A DNA stretch of 64,000 bases. It comes from the human T2T-CHM13v2.0 reference genome, Homo sapiens. Positions 26,149 through 47,130 of the stretch are shown in pieces. The notes beneath the pieces were generated by a model. It was not told the DNA's origin. It did not search any database and saw nothing but the letters and a program-made list of their open reading frames with translations. The stretch lies in the NCBI RefSeq assembly GCF_009914755.1, contig NC_060928.1, one strand, 5' to 3'. The translations under genes were made by a program, and so were the position numbers. Position 1 is the first letter of the stretch; the number at the start of each line of letters is the position of its first letter.

Positions 26149-27579
26149 TACTCTCCAGCCTGGGCAACAGAGTGAGACCCTGTCTCAAAAAAAAAAAAAA
26201 GAAGAAGAAGAAGAAGAAGGACAAACCTGACAAGACTTTTATCCCAAATATACAAAGAACTCTTAAAACTCAACAACAATAATTTTTTAGAACCTGATTT
26301 TAAAATAGGCATCAGGTGAGTCATAGAGAATGCTGGTTAAAACAAAACAAAACAAAACAAAACAACCCTGTATAGACACCTCACCAAAAAAGATATACAA
26401 ATGGTAAATAAACATATAAAAAGATGCTCAATATTATATGCCATTAGGGAATTGCAAAGTATAACAATGAAATACCATTATAACTATTAGAATGGCCAAA
26501 ATCCAAAAGACTGGCAACATTAAGTGCTGACAAGGATGTGGCACAGTAAGAACTCCATTCATTGCTGGTGGGAGTGCAAAATGGTACAGCCAACTTGGAA
26601 GACAGTTTGGCAGATTCTTACAAAACTAAACGTACTCTTACAATACAATCTAACCATCACACTCCTTGGTATTTGCCCTAATGAGTTGAAAACATGTCCA
26701 CACAAAAACTAGCATGTGGATGTTTATAACCACCTTACTTGTAATTGTTAAAATTTGGAAGCAACCAAGATGTCCTTCAGTAAGTGAATGGATGTAACTG
26801 TGGTAATTCCAGACAGTGGAATGGTATTCAGTGCTAAAAATAAATGAGGCAACAAGCCATGAAAAGACATGGAGGAAACTTAAATGCATATTACTAAGTG
26901 AAGGAAGCCAATCTGAAAAGGCTACACACTATATGATTACAACAATTATGACATTCTGGAAAAAGCAAACTATGGATGCTGTAAAAAAAGTCAGTGGTTG
27001 CCAGTGCCTGGTGGGAGGGAGAGCTGAATGGGCAGAGCATGGGCAGAGCATGGAATTTTAAGGGCAATGAAACTATTCTGTATAATACTGTAATGGTGGA
27101 TACATGTCATTTTACATTTGTCCAAACACATAAAAGATACAGCACCAAGAATGAGCCCTAATCATAGACTGTGGGGTCATCAGTTGTAACAAATGTACCA
27201 TTCTAGTGCAGGATGTTGATAGAGAGGCTGTGCATTTGTGGTAGCAAGGGAATATATATGGGAAATTTGTCTACTTTCTACTCAATTTGACTGTGAACCT
27301 AAACCTGCTCCAAAAAATAAAGTCTATTTTGTAAAATAAACAAATTTAAGTTTTTTAAAACTTTCCACTGCTGATTGAATACATTGATTTATCCGTTCCC
27401 TCTGCCTTTTTGTTTCGTTTTGTTTTGCAAGATGAAGGGGGGACAATGTGAGATTTAATTGATTCTCTATACTGAAATAAAAGTGAAATATGCCTTTCAC
27501 ATTATTGTTCCAGTTTGTACAGTATATTATAATGGATTTTGTTTATAAAATAAAATTTCTATATTTCATTTCTATATAG

Positions 27580-27738
27580 ATGAAATACAATAAAAATCAA
27601 GGTGACCGCACCATTTCCACAATGAGCCGTCAAGTGACTGATGTAAAAAATGTAATGACACAAAATATCGATAAAATTTTGGAAAAAGAAGAAAGATTGA
27701 ATACCTTCCTTGATAGAACAGATGATCTCCAAACAACT
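27580..27738 (+). pseudogene. VAMP9P: VAMP9P exon C (R-SNARE/synaptobrevin motif), 159 nt
   Basis: Acceptor tttcatttctatatag; 53 open codons MKYNKNQGDRTISTMSRQVTDVKNVMTQNIDKILEKEERLNTFLDRTDDLQTT with the synaptobrevin pattern (QV.EV..IM..N.DKVLER...L..L.DR...LQ); donor reads gttaagt. Confidence 0.92.
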
Positions 27739-27930
27739 GTTAAGTGACTCACACCTGTGTTGATGTCTAAACAGTGCTGTAAGTCATACGATTGCTGCCC
27801 TTGAGACAAATTGCCAAAAGCAAAAACATACTAGGCATACTGTGAGATAATCCTTCATCAAAAAATTCTTGGAATGCAACTAAAATATTAAAAGAATTAA
27901 TTATAAAACAATCCAAATAAAGAAACCCAT

Positions 27931-29080
<1,150 letters not shown>

Positions 29081-30381
29081 CATAATAATAATTTTTAAAT
29101 GGAATTAAAAGGTATATCAAATGGTCCTTATTTGGATTTTAATTCAAACAAACTGTAAAAAGGAAAATATATAACTTTGTGAGAAAATTAGATATTTGAA
29201 CTATGGCTGGATATTAGATGACATTCAAGAATTACTATTAATTTTTTAGGTGTAATAGTATTGTGGTTATTTTTTTAAAAAACTCTACTTATTACAGATT
29301 TATACTAAAATTTTTACGGTTAAAATTATATAATATCTAGCATTTGCTTCAGAATAACTGAGTAGCAGGGTAAAAGCAGAATGGGATATAAATGAAACAA
29401 AATTGGCCATAAATTGACAATTGTTAAAGCTGAATATTGAGTATATTGGGTTTCATTATGTCATTCTGTCAACTTTTGTGTATGTTTGAAATTCTCTATT
29501 ATAAATTAGTCTGAATACTAGTTTGGATAGTTCCCTTAGAGCATTTTCAATTTTATTTCTATACATCTTTTCTAGAAAAACAGCCACTATGTATAAAGCA
29601 AAATATGCACATAACCAAGTTCTATTGATTCTACCTCCTAAATCTTTTTTCTTAGCCCCATTTTTTCACTTAAAAAAAAGGTATTATTTATATATAATAA
29701 TATTCATTCATTTTAAGGGTAGCATTTGATGAATTTGGTAATTGTATACTGTCTGTAACCACAATCGAAATATAAGAGTTCCTTCATCCTAAAATCTTCA
29801 TGCCCTTTGACAGTGAGTCTCACCAACCACTGATCTGCTTTCTGTCACTATAGTTTTGCCTTTTCTAGAATTTTATATAAATAGAATCATACAGTACAGC
29901 TGAATTGTGTTTAAAATTCCTCTCCTGCTCCTCCCCAGGCCACTCACGGTGTCACTCCAAGCTCTGTATCTCTTGTCTGACTGTGGTAATCCCCAGATTT
30001 AAATGTTCTTCCTGCCTTTTGTTCTATTCCACTCCAGTCATCCTCCACACTGGCACCAGAGTGATCTTTTAAAATCCAAGTATGATCATTATCTGTGGAC
30101 TTCTTCAAACCCTTCAGCGGTGCCCCTATGCCCACATAGGGTAGAGAGTCCAACCTTGTTTTCCTGCCCTCAAATGTAGATCATCTTATGCAATCTCCTG
30201 GGTTGCTGGCACCCACTGGGTTGCTTGCACCACATTTTGGGGACCTTTACTCTACGATGTAAAGATAGAAATAGAATTGCTGAATCTTAAAATATGTACA
30301 TCTTTAATTTTACCAGATATTTCAAAATTGCTCTCCAAAGTGTTATGCCAGTTTATACTTGAGAGTTCCTGTTGCTCTGCA

Positions 30382-33960
<3,579 letters not shown>

Positions 33961-35382
33961 TGCAAACAATACAACATAGCTATTTACATAATATTTACAT
34001 TGTATTAGGTATTCTAAGTAATCTAGAAATGATTGAATGTATGCAGAAGGATGTGCATAGGTTATGCAAATACTATGCCATTTTATATAAAAGTCTTGAG
34101 CATCCTTGGATGTTGATACTCTCAGGGGTTCTGGAACCAAGCCCTCCTCCTTCCATGGATACTGAAAGATGACTGTAATTCATTTAGTCCATCCTGTGCC
34201 AATGGTCAGTTCTATTTTCTCACTCCTAACCTTTCTTTATTTGCAACTACCTTGAGGCCACTAGGTTTGAGTAGGAAGCCTACATACACAATCTGTTCTC
34301 TACTGCAGGGCAGAATATTTTTTAATCAAGGTAAAATTCACATAAAATCAAATTAACACTTTGTAGTATACATTTCAGTGGCAATTAGTGTATTTACAAT
34401 GTTGTACACCCATCTCCTCTATCTAGTTACAAGACATTTTTGTCACCCCCAAAAGGAAACCCCATACTCATTAAGCAGCCCCTGACAACCACAAATCTGC
34501 TTTCTCTTTCTATGAATTTACCAACTGTGGAAATTTCCTATAAATTGACTTATATGTGATCTTTTGTATTGGACTTCTTTCACTTAGTATGATGTTTTCG
34601 AGCTTCATCCATGTTGTAGCACATATCAGTACTTCATTCCTTCTGAAGACTAAAAAAAATTCCATTATTCCAATATCACATATACCACAATTTGCTTACC
34701 TCTTCATCAGTTAATAGACATTTGGGTTTTTTCTACCTTTTCGCTATTGTGAATAATGCTGTTATGAATGCTTGTGTACACATTTTTGTTTTTGAATAGA
34801 ACTTTGTTCATAATTGGAAACACCAGTTTTCAATTCTCTTGTATATGCAACAGAGTGGAATTGCTGGATGATATGGTAATTCTCTGTTTAACTTTTTGAG
34901 GAACTGCCAAACTGTTTTCCATAGTGGCTGAACCATTTTAATTCCCACTAGCAATGTAAGAGGGTTCCAATTTCTCCACATTATCTCCAACGCTTGCTAT
35001 TTTCTTGGTTTTTTGTTTGTTTGTTTGTTTGTTTAGGCAGGAAGGATGGAACCTCAGTGTAGTTCCATTGTACTCCTCATGTGAGCCCACGCTTGGCCTC
35101 TTGTCTCCTGTGAGCCCCAAAATCCTAAGCCATGGATGACAGAGGCCAACATCTTCATCACTCTCTCAAATTCAGAGAAGCAGCAGCATCAGTGTGAATT
35201 TTCACTGCTTTCCTAGTTTCCTGCACCTGGCCTTACCCTTACTTTCTTTCAAGTTCAGTTTTGCATTTAAAAGTTTGCTTCTTGTTGTTTATCTAGTATT
35301 TCTGGGTAGTAATAGTGGCAGGATTATAGAGATACATAATCCACAATATTAATGGATCTATTAAGTTTTTCATTATATGTAT

Positions 35383-35722
35383 AGTCATGTATCACTTAAC
35401 AACTGGGAGGCATTCTGAGAAACACATCAGTAGGTGATTTCATCATTGGGTGAACATCAGAGAGTGCACTTGCACAAACCTAGATGGTATAGCCTACTAC
35501 ACAACTGGGCTATATACTATAGCCTGTTACTCCTAGGCTGCAAACCTGTACAGCATGTTACTGTACTGAATACTCTAGGCAGTTGAAACAAGATGGTATT
35601 TGTGTATCTAAATATATGCAAACATAGAAAAGGTACAGGAGAAATGTGGTATTATAATTTTATGGAACCACCATTGTATATGTCCATCATTCACCAAAAC
35701 GTCATTATGCAGCACATGACTG
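35383..35722 (+). mobile_element. Tigger3a-like DNA transposon fossil
   Basis: Inverted termini agtcatg...catgactg with TA flanks. Confidence 0.7.
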
Positions 35723-36110
35723 TATGAAGTGTCTCTTACAGGAAAAGAGGCAACATCAAAATTTGAGAAAACCATGGCAAAAAAAAAAATTAAGATATTT
35801 TATTTCACCCTGAAACTGGATGTCTGTTGTTATTAGCCTCAGTAGATAGAGCAAAGCATAAGTTTATTACAGGAAAAGGCATTAAAATGCAAACTGATCC
35901 AAGCCATAGAACCTTGGAAAGAAATTGGATAAGAAATTGGAGATGCAATGGTACTTCTAAAAGTAGACATGCAGTATTAGTCCAGAAATAAAAAACTACG
36001 TGTAAAGCCTTTAAAAGGAACATGTTACCCATAGATCCCCTTACCTATTTTATACAGCCATGCTGCCTCCTCGCCTTATCCCTGAGAAGGGATAGAAATT
36101 TTATTCTCTT

Positions 36111-38100
<1,990 letters not shown>

Positions 38101-38703
38101 AAATAATGGTTGATGGATTAAAGACAAATGAAAACATGTTGTTTAATTATAGGTATATTATTACCTATTATTAGCTCTAGAGAAGCAACATAATGACCAA
38201 ATGAATAATAGGTATATGGCTATTTTGGGCACACTGCCTACGGGGTAGCCCTGCTCTGCAAGGAGCAGTAAAAAAAAAAGTGTATATATATATCTAGAGC
38301 TAATTATATATATAATTTTATATATATAAATATACAATAATATATATAAATATATAATTATATATATATAATTATATATATATATAATTAGCTCTACAAA
38401 AACCAAAGAGTTATGCATTAAAGTCAGTTTAATCCATGACTCAGTTAATATTTACAGTTTTGATTAAACAAAAAGAAAGGACAGAAAAGAAGGAAAAGAT
38501 GTCTGTTTGAGGAAGGGGAATACGGGAGTATGATAAGAGTTAAATCCTCTTTTCCATAGATGAAAACAGAAAAATCAAGAAATATATACACTTTCTAGAA
38601 ATGCAGAGGAAAACAAACTCCAGGGGAAAAAAATAAACATCTAACTGAGGTACATTTAACAAATATTTATTGAGTGCCCACTATATATCAAACACTGTTC
38701 TAG

Positions 38704-38910
38704 GTCAAGATTTCTTGACCTTAGCACATTTTGGACTCGGTGTTGTGGGGGGCCTGTCCTATGCATTTTAGGATATTTAGCACATCCTTGACTTCTATCC
38801 ACTAGATGCTAGTAGCACGCTCTCTAGTTGTGAGAATCAAAAATATCTACAGGCCTTGCCAAATGTCTCCTGGAGGGCAAAATCACCCCCAGTTGAGGGC
38901 CGTTGATCTA
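38704..38910 (+). mobile_element. MER20-like hAT fossil inside L2 (MIR-like remnant at ~39140-39360)
   Basis: ccactagatgctagtagcac...ttgccaaatgtctcctggagggcaaaatcacccccagttgag. Confidence 0.7.
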
Positions 38911-39696
38911 AATAATAGGGATACCGCAACAAACAAAACAGACAAAAAGAACTAAAAGTAGTTACCTCTGAGAAATAGATTCGGGGGTTGTAAGGAGTAG
39001 GAAAACAGACTTCTGTGTTTACTCATAAACTTTACAGAATTCTGCATTTTCAAACTATATATGCACATTTCATTAATAAAAAAGAAAGCAAATCATCTAA
39101 GAGAATATAAACTCCATTCGTACCTTAGTTAAAAATTTCTACACAAGGCAGTGTAGTCATGCAATTCTGGATTTGAATTCCAACTCCACCACTTACTAGC
39201 TATATAACCTTAGGCAAGTAACTTAAACCTTTTTGAGCCTCATTTTCCTCAACACTGTAAAATAGGAATATTCACAAGATTACTATGAGTATTGCATATT
39301 AAGATGCAAAAATACATATGTGTGTCATATAGTACTTGCATCTAAAGCACTCAATAAATTAAAACGTCCCGGAAAGTACACCAATTCGCCTTGCTTCCAT
39401 ATGCCAGATTCTTGCAAACAACCAACAGTATCTTGGATATATAAACCTGGGGCTCCCATAACTTATACATTAGAATTGTGAGGCCATGTGGCATACCAGG
39501 ACCAAGGCCACCTATAGCATACACTGTAACCATGTACATTTGACTTTGCTTGTGGAAAGTGACCATACATATTGAGTAAAGAAACTTATCTGATACATAA
39601 AGAATGTTAATTGAAATATGTTACAATTTTACTTCTTATCCAGGTGCAGATAGCAGAAGTCCATGTAAAACAGCAAGCAATGTGGTTGTATCATAG

Positions 39697-40828
<1,132 letters not shown>

Positions 40829-40871
40829 TCAGTTAATCTGCATAATCTAGGGTACTATGTGGTATGTACTA

Positions 40872-43800
40872 TGTGTCCAGAATTTATTCCTTCTGGCAGG
40901 TTCTTGGTCTCACTGACTTCAAGAATGAAGCCACGGACCCTCACAGTGAGTGTTACAGCTCTTAAAGATGGTGTGTCCGGAGTTTGTTCCTTCAGATGTT
41001 CAGATGTGTCCAGAGTTTCTTCCTTCCGGTGGGTTTGTGGTCTCGCTGACTTCAGAAGTGAAGCTGCAGACCTTCTCAGTGAGTGTTACGGCTCTTAAAG
41101 GTGGCGTGTCTGGGGTTGTTTGTTCCTCCCAGTGGGTTCTTGGTCTAGCTGACTTCAGGAATGAAGCTGAAGATGCTTGCGGTGAGTGTTACAGCTCATG
41201 AAGGTAGTGCGGACCCAAAGAGTGAGCAGCAGCAAGATATATTGTGAAGACAGAAAGAACAAAGCTTCCAGAGCATGGGACGGGACCTGAGTGGGTTGCT
41301 GCTGCTGGCTGGAGTGGCCAGCTTTTATTCCCTTATGTGTCCCTGCCCACGTCCTGCTGATTGGTCCATTTTACAAAGCACTGATTGGTCCATTTTACAG
41401 AGTGCTGATTGGTCCATTTTACAGAGCACTGATTGGTGCATTTACAAACCTTTAGCTAGACACAGAGTGCTGATTGGTGCATTTTTAGAGTGCTGATTGG
41501 TGCATTTACAATCCTTTAGTTAGACAGAAAAGTTCTCCAAGTCCCCACTCAACCCAGGAAGTCCAGCTGGCTTCACCTCTCAATCCCTCCTCTAAACAGG
41601 ACACCCCAACCACTGTTGGGAATTGGGCGATGACTGCTCTAGCTACTACCTGCTGGATAGGGGCAAAGAAGGGGCCCTGCAGTTGTAATGTCCTCCAGAG
41701 GGAAACTCTCTAAGCCAACTAAAGGGTCAGTGGGTTGGTCCAGGGGTCCTCAGTAGAACTTGTTAGTTAAGCTCATTTGGGGTTCCATTTGTAAGACCAT
41801 CTGTAGCTTGATGGCCTCAATCCTAGAGGAAACAAACTTGACAAGGAGGTTAAAAATACAGGGCCCGAAGGCAAGTAACAGTAAGATGGCTGTCACGGGA
41901 CCTAGAAAGGGGATAAGCCATGTTACCCAACTCCAGAAGTTGGTATAAGAGTTTGAAAGGCATTGTCTGATTTCAGAAACCTTTTCCTGTAAACGCCAGG
42001 AGGCATCTCATACTATCCCTGCCTGGTTAGTGTAAAAGCAACACTCTTCCCCTGAGAAGGTGCAGAGTCCTCCTTTCTCAAGCAGTGAGGAGGTCTAGGC
42101 CTCGGTGGTTTTGGAGAGTCACTGCTGTCAAAGAATCTATTTGGGATTGTAGAGTAAGGATAGATTTTGTTATTTCTTGCAAACTGTCTGAGAGGCAGAT
42201 ATAGGTTGAAGTTCCACATAAGAAGAATATGCCTTGGCTGGGTGGACAGAAATTTACCCTGGCTTTTAAAGGAATAGGGTTCACTGTTTTTTCTTTACTT
42301 CTCTCTCTTTCTCTCTTTCTTTGACTCTTTTGTCTTTCTCTCTTTCTCTCTGACTTTCTCTCTGACTCCCTCTTTGTCTGTCTCTTCCTCTCTTTCCTTC
42401 TTTGACTGTCTATCTCTTCCTCTGTCTCCTCTTTGTCTCTGTTTCTTCCTCTCTCTTTCTATGACTTTCTGTCTCTTCCTTTCTTTCCTTCTCTTTGTCT
42501 CTCTGTTTCTTCCTCTCTCTGTCTTTCTATGACTTTCTGTCTCTTCCTCTCTTTCCTTCTCCCTTTGACTCTGTCTCTTCCTCTGTCTCTCTCTTTGACT
42601 CCTTGTCTCTGTCTCTTCCTCTCTCTTTCTGTGACTTTCTGTCTCTTTCTCTCTTTCCTTTCTGCTGGTCTTTCCCTGCCTCTGCCAGCCACTTATGCTG
42701 CTGTTCTCCCCTCTCCTTCCCCTTTTGATGGCTTTGGCAGCATAAGACTGCCACCTCCTTGGGTTTTTGCACTGCATCCAATAACTCCATGGTTTCCTTG
42801 TGATATTTAATGGGGGTTCCCCCAGAGGTTAGGAACTCCCTTTCTTTCCATATCGCAGCATGGACATGTAGGATTAGATAAGCATACTTACTATCTGTAG
42901 CAAAGTCTCCCAATTACAACTGAAGAGTTGGGAGAAATACCTGGTTACAGGCTGTCCCAGGATTCCTTGGATGGTAATGGACCTTGAGGACAGCTGTCCA
43001 GGACAGGAGATTAACACTGAGAAAGCCACGCCAGTGTCCAAGAGGAAGTCAATTTCCTGGCCCTCAATGGTTAAACATACCTGGGGCTCAGTGAGGGTGA
43101 TGACATGAGCTGGCGCTTGCCCCAGGCACCCTCAGTCCTGTTGTTGGATCATCTGGTTGGGGGCTTCTGGCCCAGAGAAACTTTGTCCTCTGGGGCAGTG
43201 TGCCTTCCAGTGATTGCCTTGGCAAAGTGGACATGGGTGAGGGGGCAGCTTGTTTCTCGTTGGACAATCTTTTTTTAAGGCGGCCTTGCAAACCACACTG
43301 GTAACAAGCCCTACTGGGCAATTGGCCTGCTCCACTTTCTGTCCTTTCTGAACCACCAAGGTTTGTTTGTCTGAGGGCCATAACTAAGGTTGTGGCCTTT
43401 CTCTGACCTCACTTTTCCTTTTTGGCCTGTTCCTCTTGGTCCCTATTATAGAACACTGAGGTTGCCAGGTTTAATAATGCCTCCAGATTTTGTTCAGGGC
43501 CCAGGGCTCGCTTTTGGAGCTTTCTCCTGATATCTGCGGCTGATTGGGTAATAAACTTATCTTTTAGGACCAGTTGACCCTCGAGTGAGTTGGGTGACAG
43601 GGGAGTATATTTTCTTAAGGCCTCCCGTAGCCTCTTGAGGAAGGCAGAAGGATTTTCTTCCTTTCCCTGAGTTATGGTGGACATCATTTGAATAATTCAT
43701 GGGCTTTTTCCTAATTATCCTTAGTCTTTCTAGAACACAGGTCAATAGATGTTTGCAACTCCAGTCCCCATGATCTGAGTTGAGATCCCAGTGGGGATCC

Positions 43801-46559
43801 ATACTGGGGATGGCTTGCTGACCAGTAGGGAATTTGTCCCTTTCTTCAGCTGTCATTCTATCATTTACTTGACTAAGATACCAGGTGTCTCCAAATTCTT
43901 GGGTTGCAGCTAAAGCCACATTCTTTTCATTAAAGGTCAGGATTTGATCTAATAGCATGACATCTCTCCAAGTGAGGTCAAAGGCTTTCCCTAGACCCTG
44001 TAGGACATCTATGTACTTAACAGGATCATCTTAAAGCTTCCCCAGGTCTACCTTGATCTGCTTTAAATCAGAGAGGGAGAAGGGACATGTACCCAGGTTG
44101 GGCCAAATTCCCCTCCCCCTACAGCTTGAAGGAGACACAACCAATAGCCCAGGGGTTTTTGTAGTCCTTTGGAGATTTTTTGCTTGTTTCCTTCTGGGTA
44201 GGGGAGATTAAAGGAGACTTACCATTAATAGGAAGGGGAGCTATAGGGAGGCTAGGATATGGGGGTAAGCTGAGAGGTCCTCCTGTGGGATGTAAATTGC
44301 AAGCTTTGCGTAGTTGTGGATGCTCCTTCAATGAAAAGAAAGCTTGGACATAAGGTATTTTACTCCATTTGCCTTCCCTCTTACAGAAAAGGTCAAGCTG
44401 CAGGATAGTATTGTAATTTATACTTCCCTCAGGTGGCATTTTTCCCCATCAGAGAGAATACTGGGGCCAAGCCATAGTGCAGAAAAAAATGAGCCACCTC
44501 TTTTTCAGAGTTTGCAGGTCAAATTGGTCCCAATGGCTTAGGATGCATTTCAAGGGTGAGCCTGTTGGTTCCTGAGTGTTTCCCATCTGAAAGAAAAAAC
44601 CACCCACAGTTTTGGTTTGTTTCCACCTCCGCCCAAGAACCCGCAATGGTCCCTGGACCCTGCTAATCAGAATAGTTGCGCTCACCGACACAGCAGCAGA
44701 AGCACCAGTTTTCCTCCTAGACCACAAGGAGGACCGAGGAAGGTTGGATTTAGTGGCCCTTAGCAACACATTCTCAAAAATGTGCACCTTGCCTGTCCTC
44801 CTAGACCACAGAGGACCAAGAAAAATCGGATTTAATGGCCCTTACCAATGCATTCTCGAAAACCTGCACTCTTGCCTGTCCTCCTAGACCACAAAGAGGA
44901 CTGAGAAAAATCGGATTTAGTGGCCCTTACCGATGCATTCTCGAAAACCTGTTAGAGTCCTAAGCATTCTCCTGTTAGTATTGGGACTTTACCCCTGTCC
45001 TATAAAGATGTTATGCCCCAAAAATGAAGGGGAGGGCCATACCCTGAGGGAGGGAAGGGATCTTCAAGGTTGGAAATGTGACACCTTTTGTCCTCACTTG
45101 AATAGGAAGGATATCATTTCTGAAGCTCCCCATATCCTAGCTTCAAGAATAGCTTTTGTTAGGCCTGCTAGTCTGAGGAGGGATCCTAAAATTCCAGATG
45201 GTCCCACCCCCCAGATGGGGCTTTGGGCAAAAATTATGTCTTTCTGATTGGTGAGCCCGGGTGCCTAAAGAAGGGAACAAAGTCCTGAGGTTTATACTAG
45301 AAATCATTATTATAGGAGAAACTAGAAAAGCACCAGAGACAGGGAGTGGTTTTTAGAAGTGGGACTAGCCTCAAAGAAGAGAGGCAAGAGGAAGTTTGTC
45401 TGACAGGCATTAGGATCCAGGAGGCAAGGGTCAGGATAGATAGGATAGATGGGTGAGTCTCGCTTGGGCAACATGACTTTGAGAGTTCCACTTATGGCCG
45501 CAGGGTCAACCAACTTGTTGTCGGGACCCTGGAGCTGAATGGCTTCCCTCTCTGTCAACCCTTGGCTCAGCCCAGAAGTACAGGAAAAGCGGAAGCTGGT
45601 TCCAGGCAAACCAACACTCCCAACTCCGAAGAGTCGGGGATTGTTAGAGAGCCCTTTCCCAGAAAGCCTGACACCCGTGTCTTTAGTCCGGTGGCTGCAC
45701 TAGTCGCTTTTAACTGGCCAACAGGTGCCTGGTATTTAGCCTCCAAATTCTAAGGAAAAATAGGACAGAATAGCAAGCGAAAGGGGTCCAATAGCACTCA
45801 CCACTTGGTGACAGTCCCAGCTGGTTTGCCAAAATGCGTCCGGAATTTATTCCTTCTGGTGGGCTCTTGATCTCGCTGACTTCAAGAATGAAGCCGCAGA
45901 CCATTGTGGTGAGTGTTACAGCTCTTAAAGATGGTGTGTCCAGAGTTTGTTCCTTCAGATGTTCAGATGTGTCTGGAGTTTCTTCCTTCCCGTGGGTTCA
46001 TGGTCTCACTGACTTCAGGAGTGAAGCCGCAGACCTTCACAGTGAGTGTTACAGCTCTTAAAGGTGGCATGTCGGAGTTGTTTTTTCCTCCCGGTGGGTT
46101 CTTGGTCTCACTTCAGGAATGAAGCCTCAGACCCTCGAGGTGAATGCTGGAGCTCATAAAGGTAGTGCAGACCCAAAGAGTGAGCAGCAGCAAGATTTAT
46201 TGTGAAAAGTGAAAGAACAAAGCTTCTACAGCATGGGAGGGGACCCAAGAGGGTTGCTGCTGCTGGCTGGAGTGGCCAGCTTTTATTCCTTTATTTGCCC
46301 CTGCCCATGTCCTGCTGATTGGTCCATTTTACAGAGCGCTGATTGATCCATTTTACAGAGTGCTGATTGGTGCATTTACAAACCTTTAGCTAGACAGAGA
46401 GCGCTGATTGGTGCATTTTTACAGAGTGCTGATTGGTGCATTTACAATCCTTTAGCTAGACACAGAGTGCTGATAGGTGCATTTACAATCCTTTAGCTAG
46501 ACAGAAAAGTTCTCCAAGTCCCCACTCAACCCAGGAAGTCCAGCTGGCTTCACCTCTCA
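40872..46559 (-). mobile_element. HERV9/LTR12-type provirus, internally deleted: 5'LTR 45835-46559, gag remnant ~43040-44590, RNase H scrap, env TM remnant, 3'LTR 40872-41582
   Basis: Two LTRs TGAGAGGTGAAGCCAGCTGG...CA with tandem CCAATCAGC repeats; tRNA-Arg-like PBS TGGCAAACCAGCTGGGAC; gag MHR QGKEENPSAFLKRLREALRKYT; env LQNHRGLDLLTA; PPT; flanks share CTA(T). Confidence 0.94.
42290..42665. repeat. CT/AG-rich low-complexity tandem expansion inside the provirus
   Basis: Repeated tgactttctgtctcttcctctctttccttc units. Confidence 0.9.
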
Positions 46560-47130
46560 CTATTATCACAATTTTATAGATTTATGTATTCATTCATTCA
46601 ACAAACACTTATTGAACATCTGCTGTCCGTCATGCACTGTTCCATGCTGGGACTACAGCAGTAAATGAAACACAAGAATCCTTGCCTCCATGGAGCTTAT
46701 ATTCTAGACAAACAATAAATAAAATTTACCTAATGTTAGTTAAGAGGTAAGTACTGTGGAGAAGAACTAAGTATTGAAGGAGAATAGGGTTTTCAGAATA
46801 GAAATGGAGGTAGCAATTATTGTAAGAGATGATAGCATTTAAGTAAAATCATACAGGAAGATGAGGAAATTGAGGCTAAAAGAATTATAACTTGTTCAAG
46901 GTCACAGAGCTAATAAGGCTAATAAAATTACAGCTGAACACAACAAGGCAGCTGCCTGGAACCTTGATGCATCACTTTATAAAAATCTGTTGAATCCTAT
47001 TAAGAGGTTTTAGGATTCGTCAAAATAAAGCTACATCTGTTCTTTCAGATAGCTCTGAGAAGTATTAGAGTGTGCACATTAATCCAGAAATGGAAGTAAA
47101 ACATGACATTTGTATTTATTTTTATTTCAG

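Noticed and set aside
41350-41525. Regularly spaced gctgattgg direct repeats resembling an array (also 46310-46500)
   Set aside because: Normal LTR12 U3 CCAAT tandem repeats with no unique spacers; not CRISPR-like.
42295-42913. Long Arg/Glu/Lys-rich and Ser/Leu-rich ORFs
   Set aside because: Translations of the AG-rich low-complexity expansion in the ERV; similar tracts occur in HERV9/HERV-W relatives.
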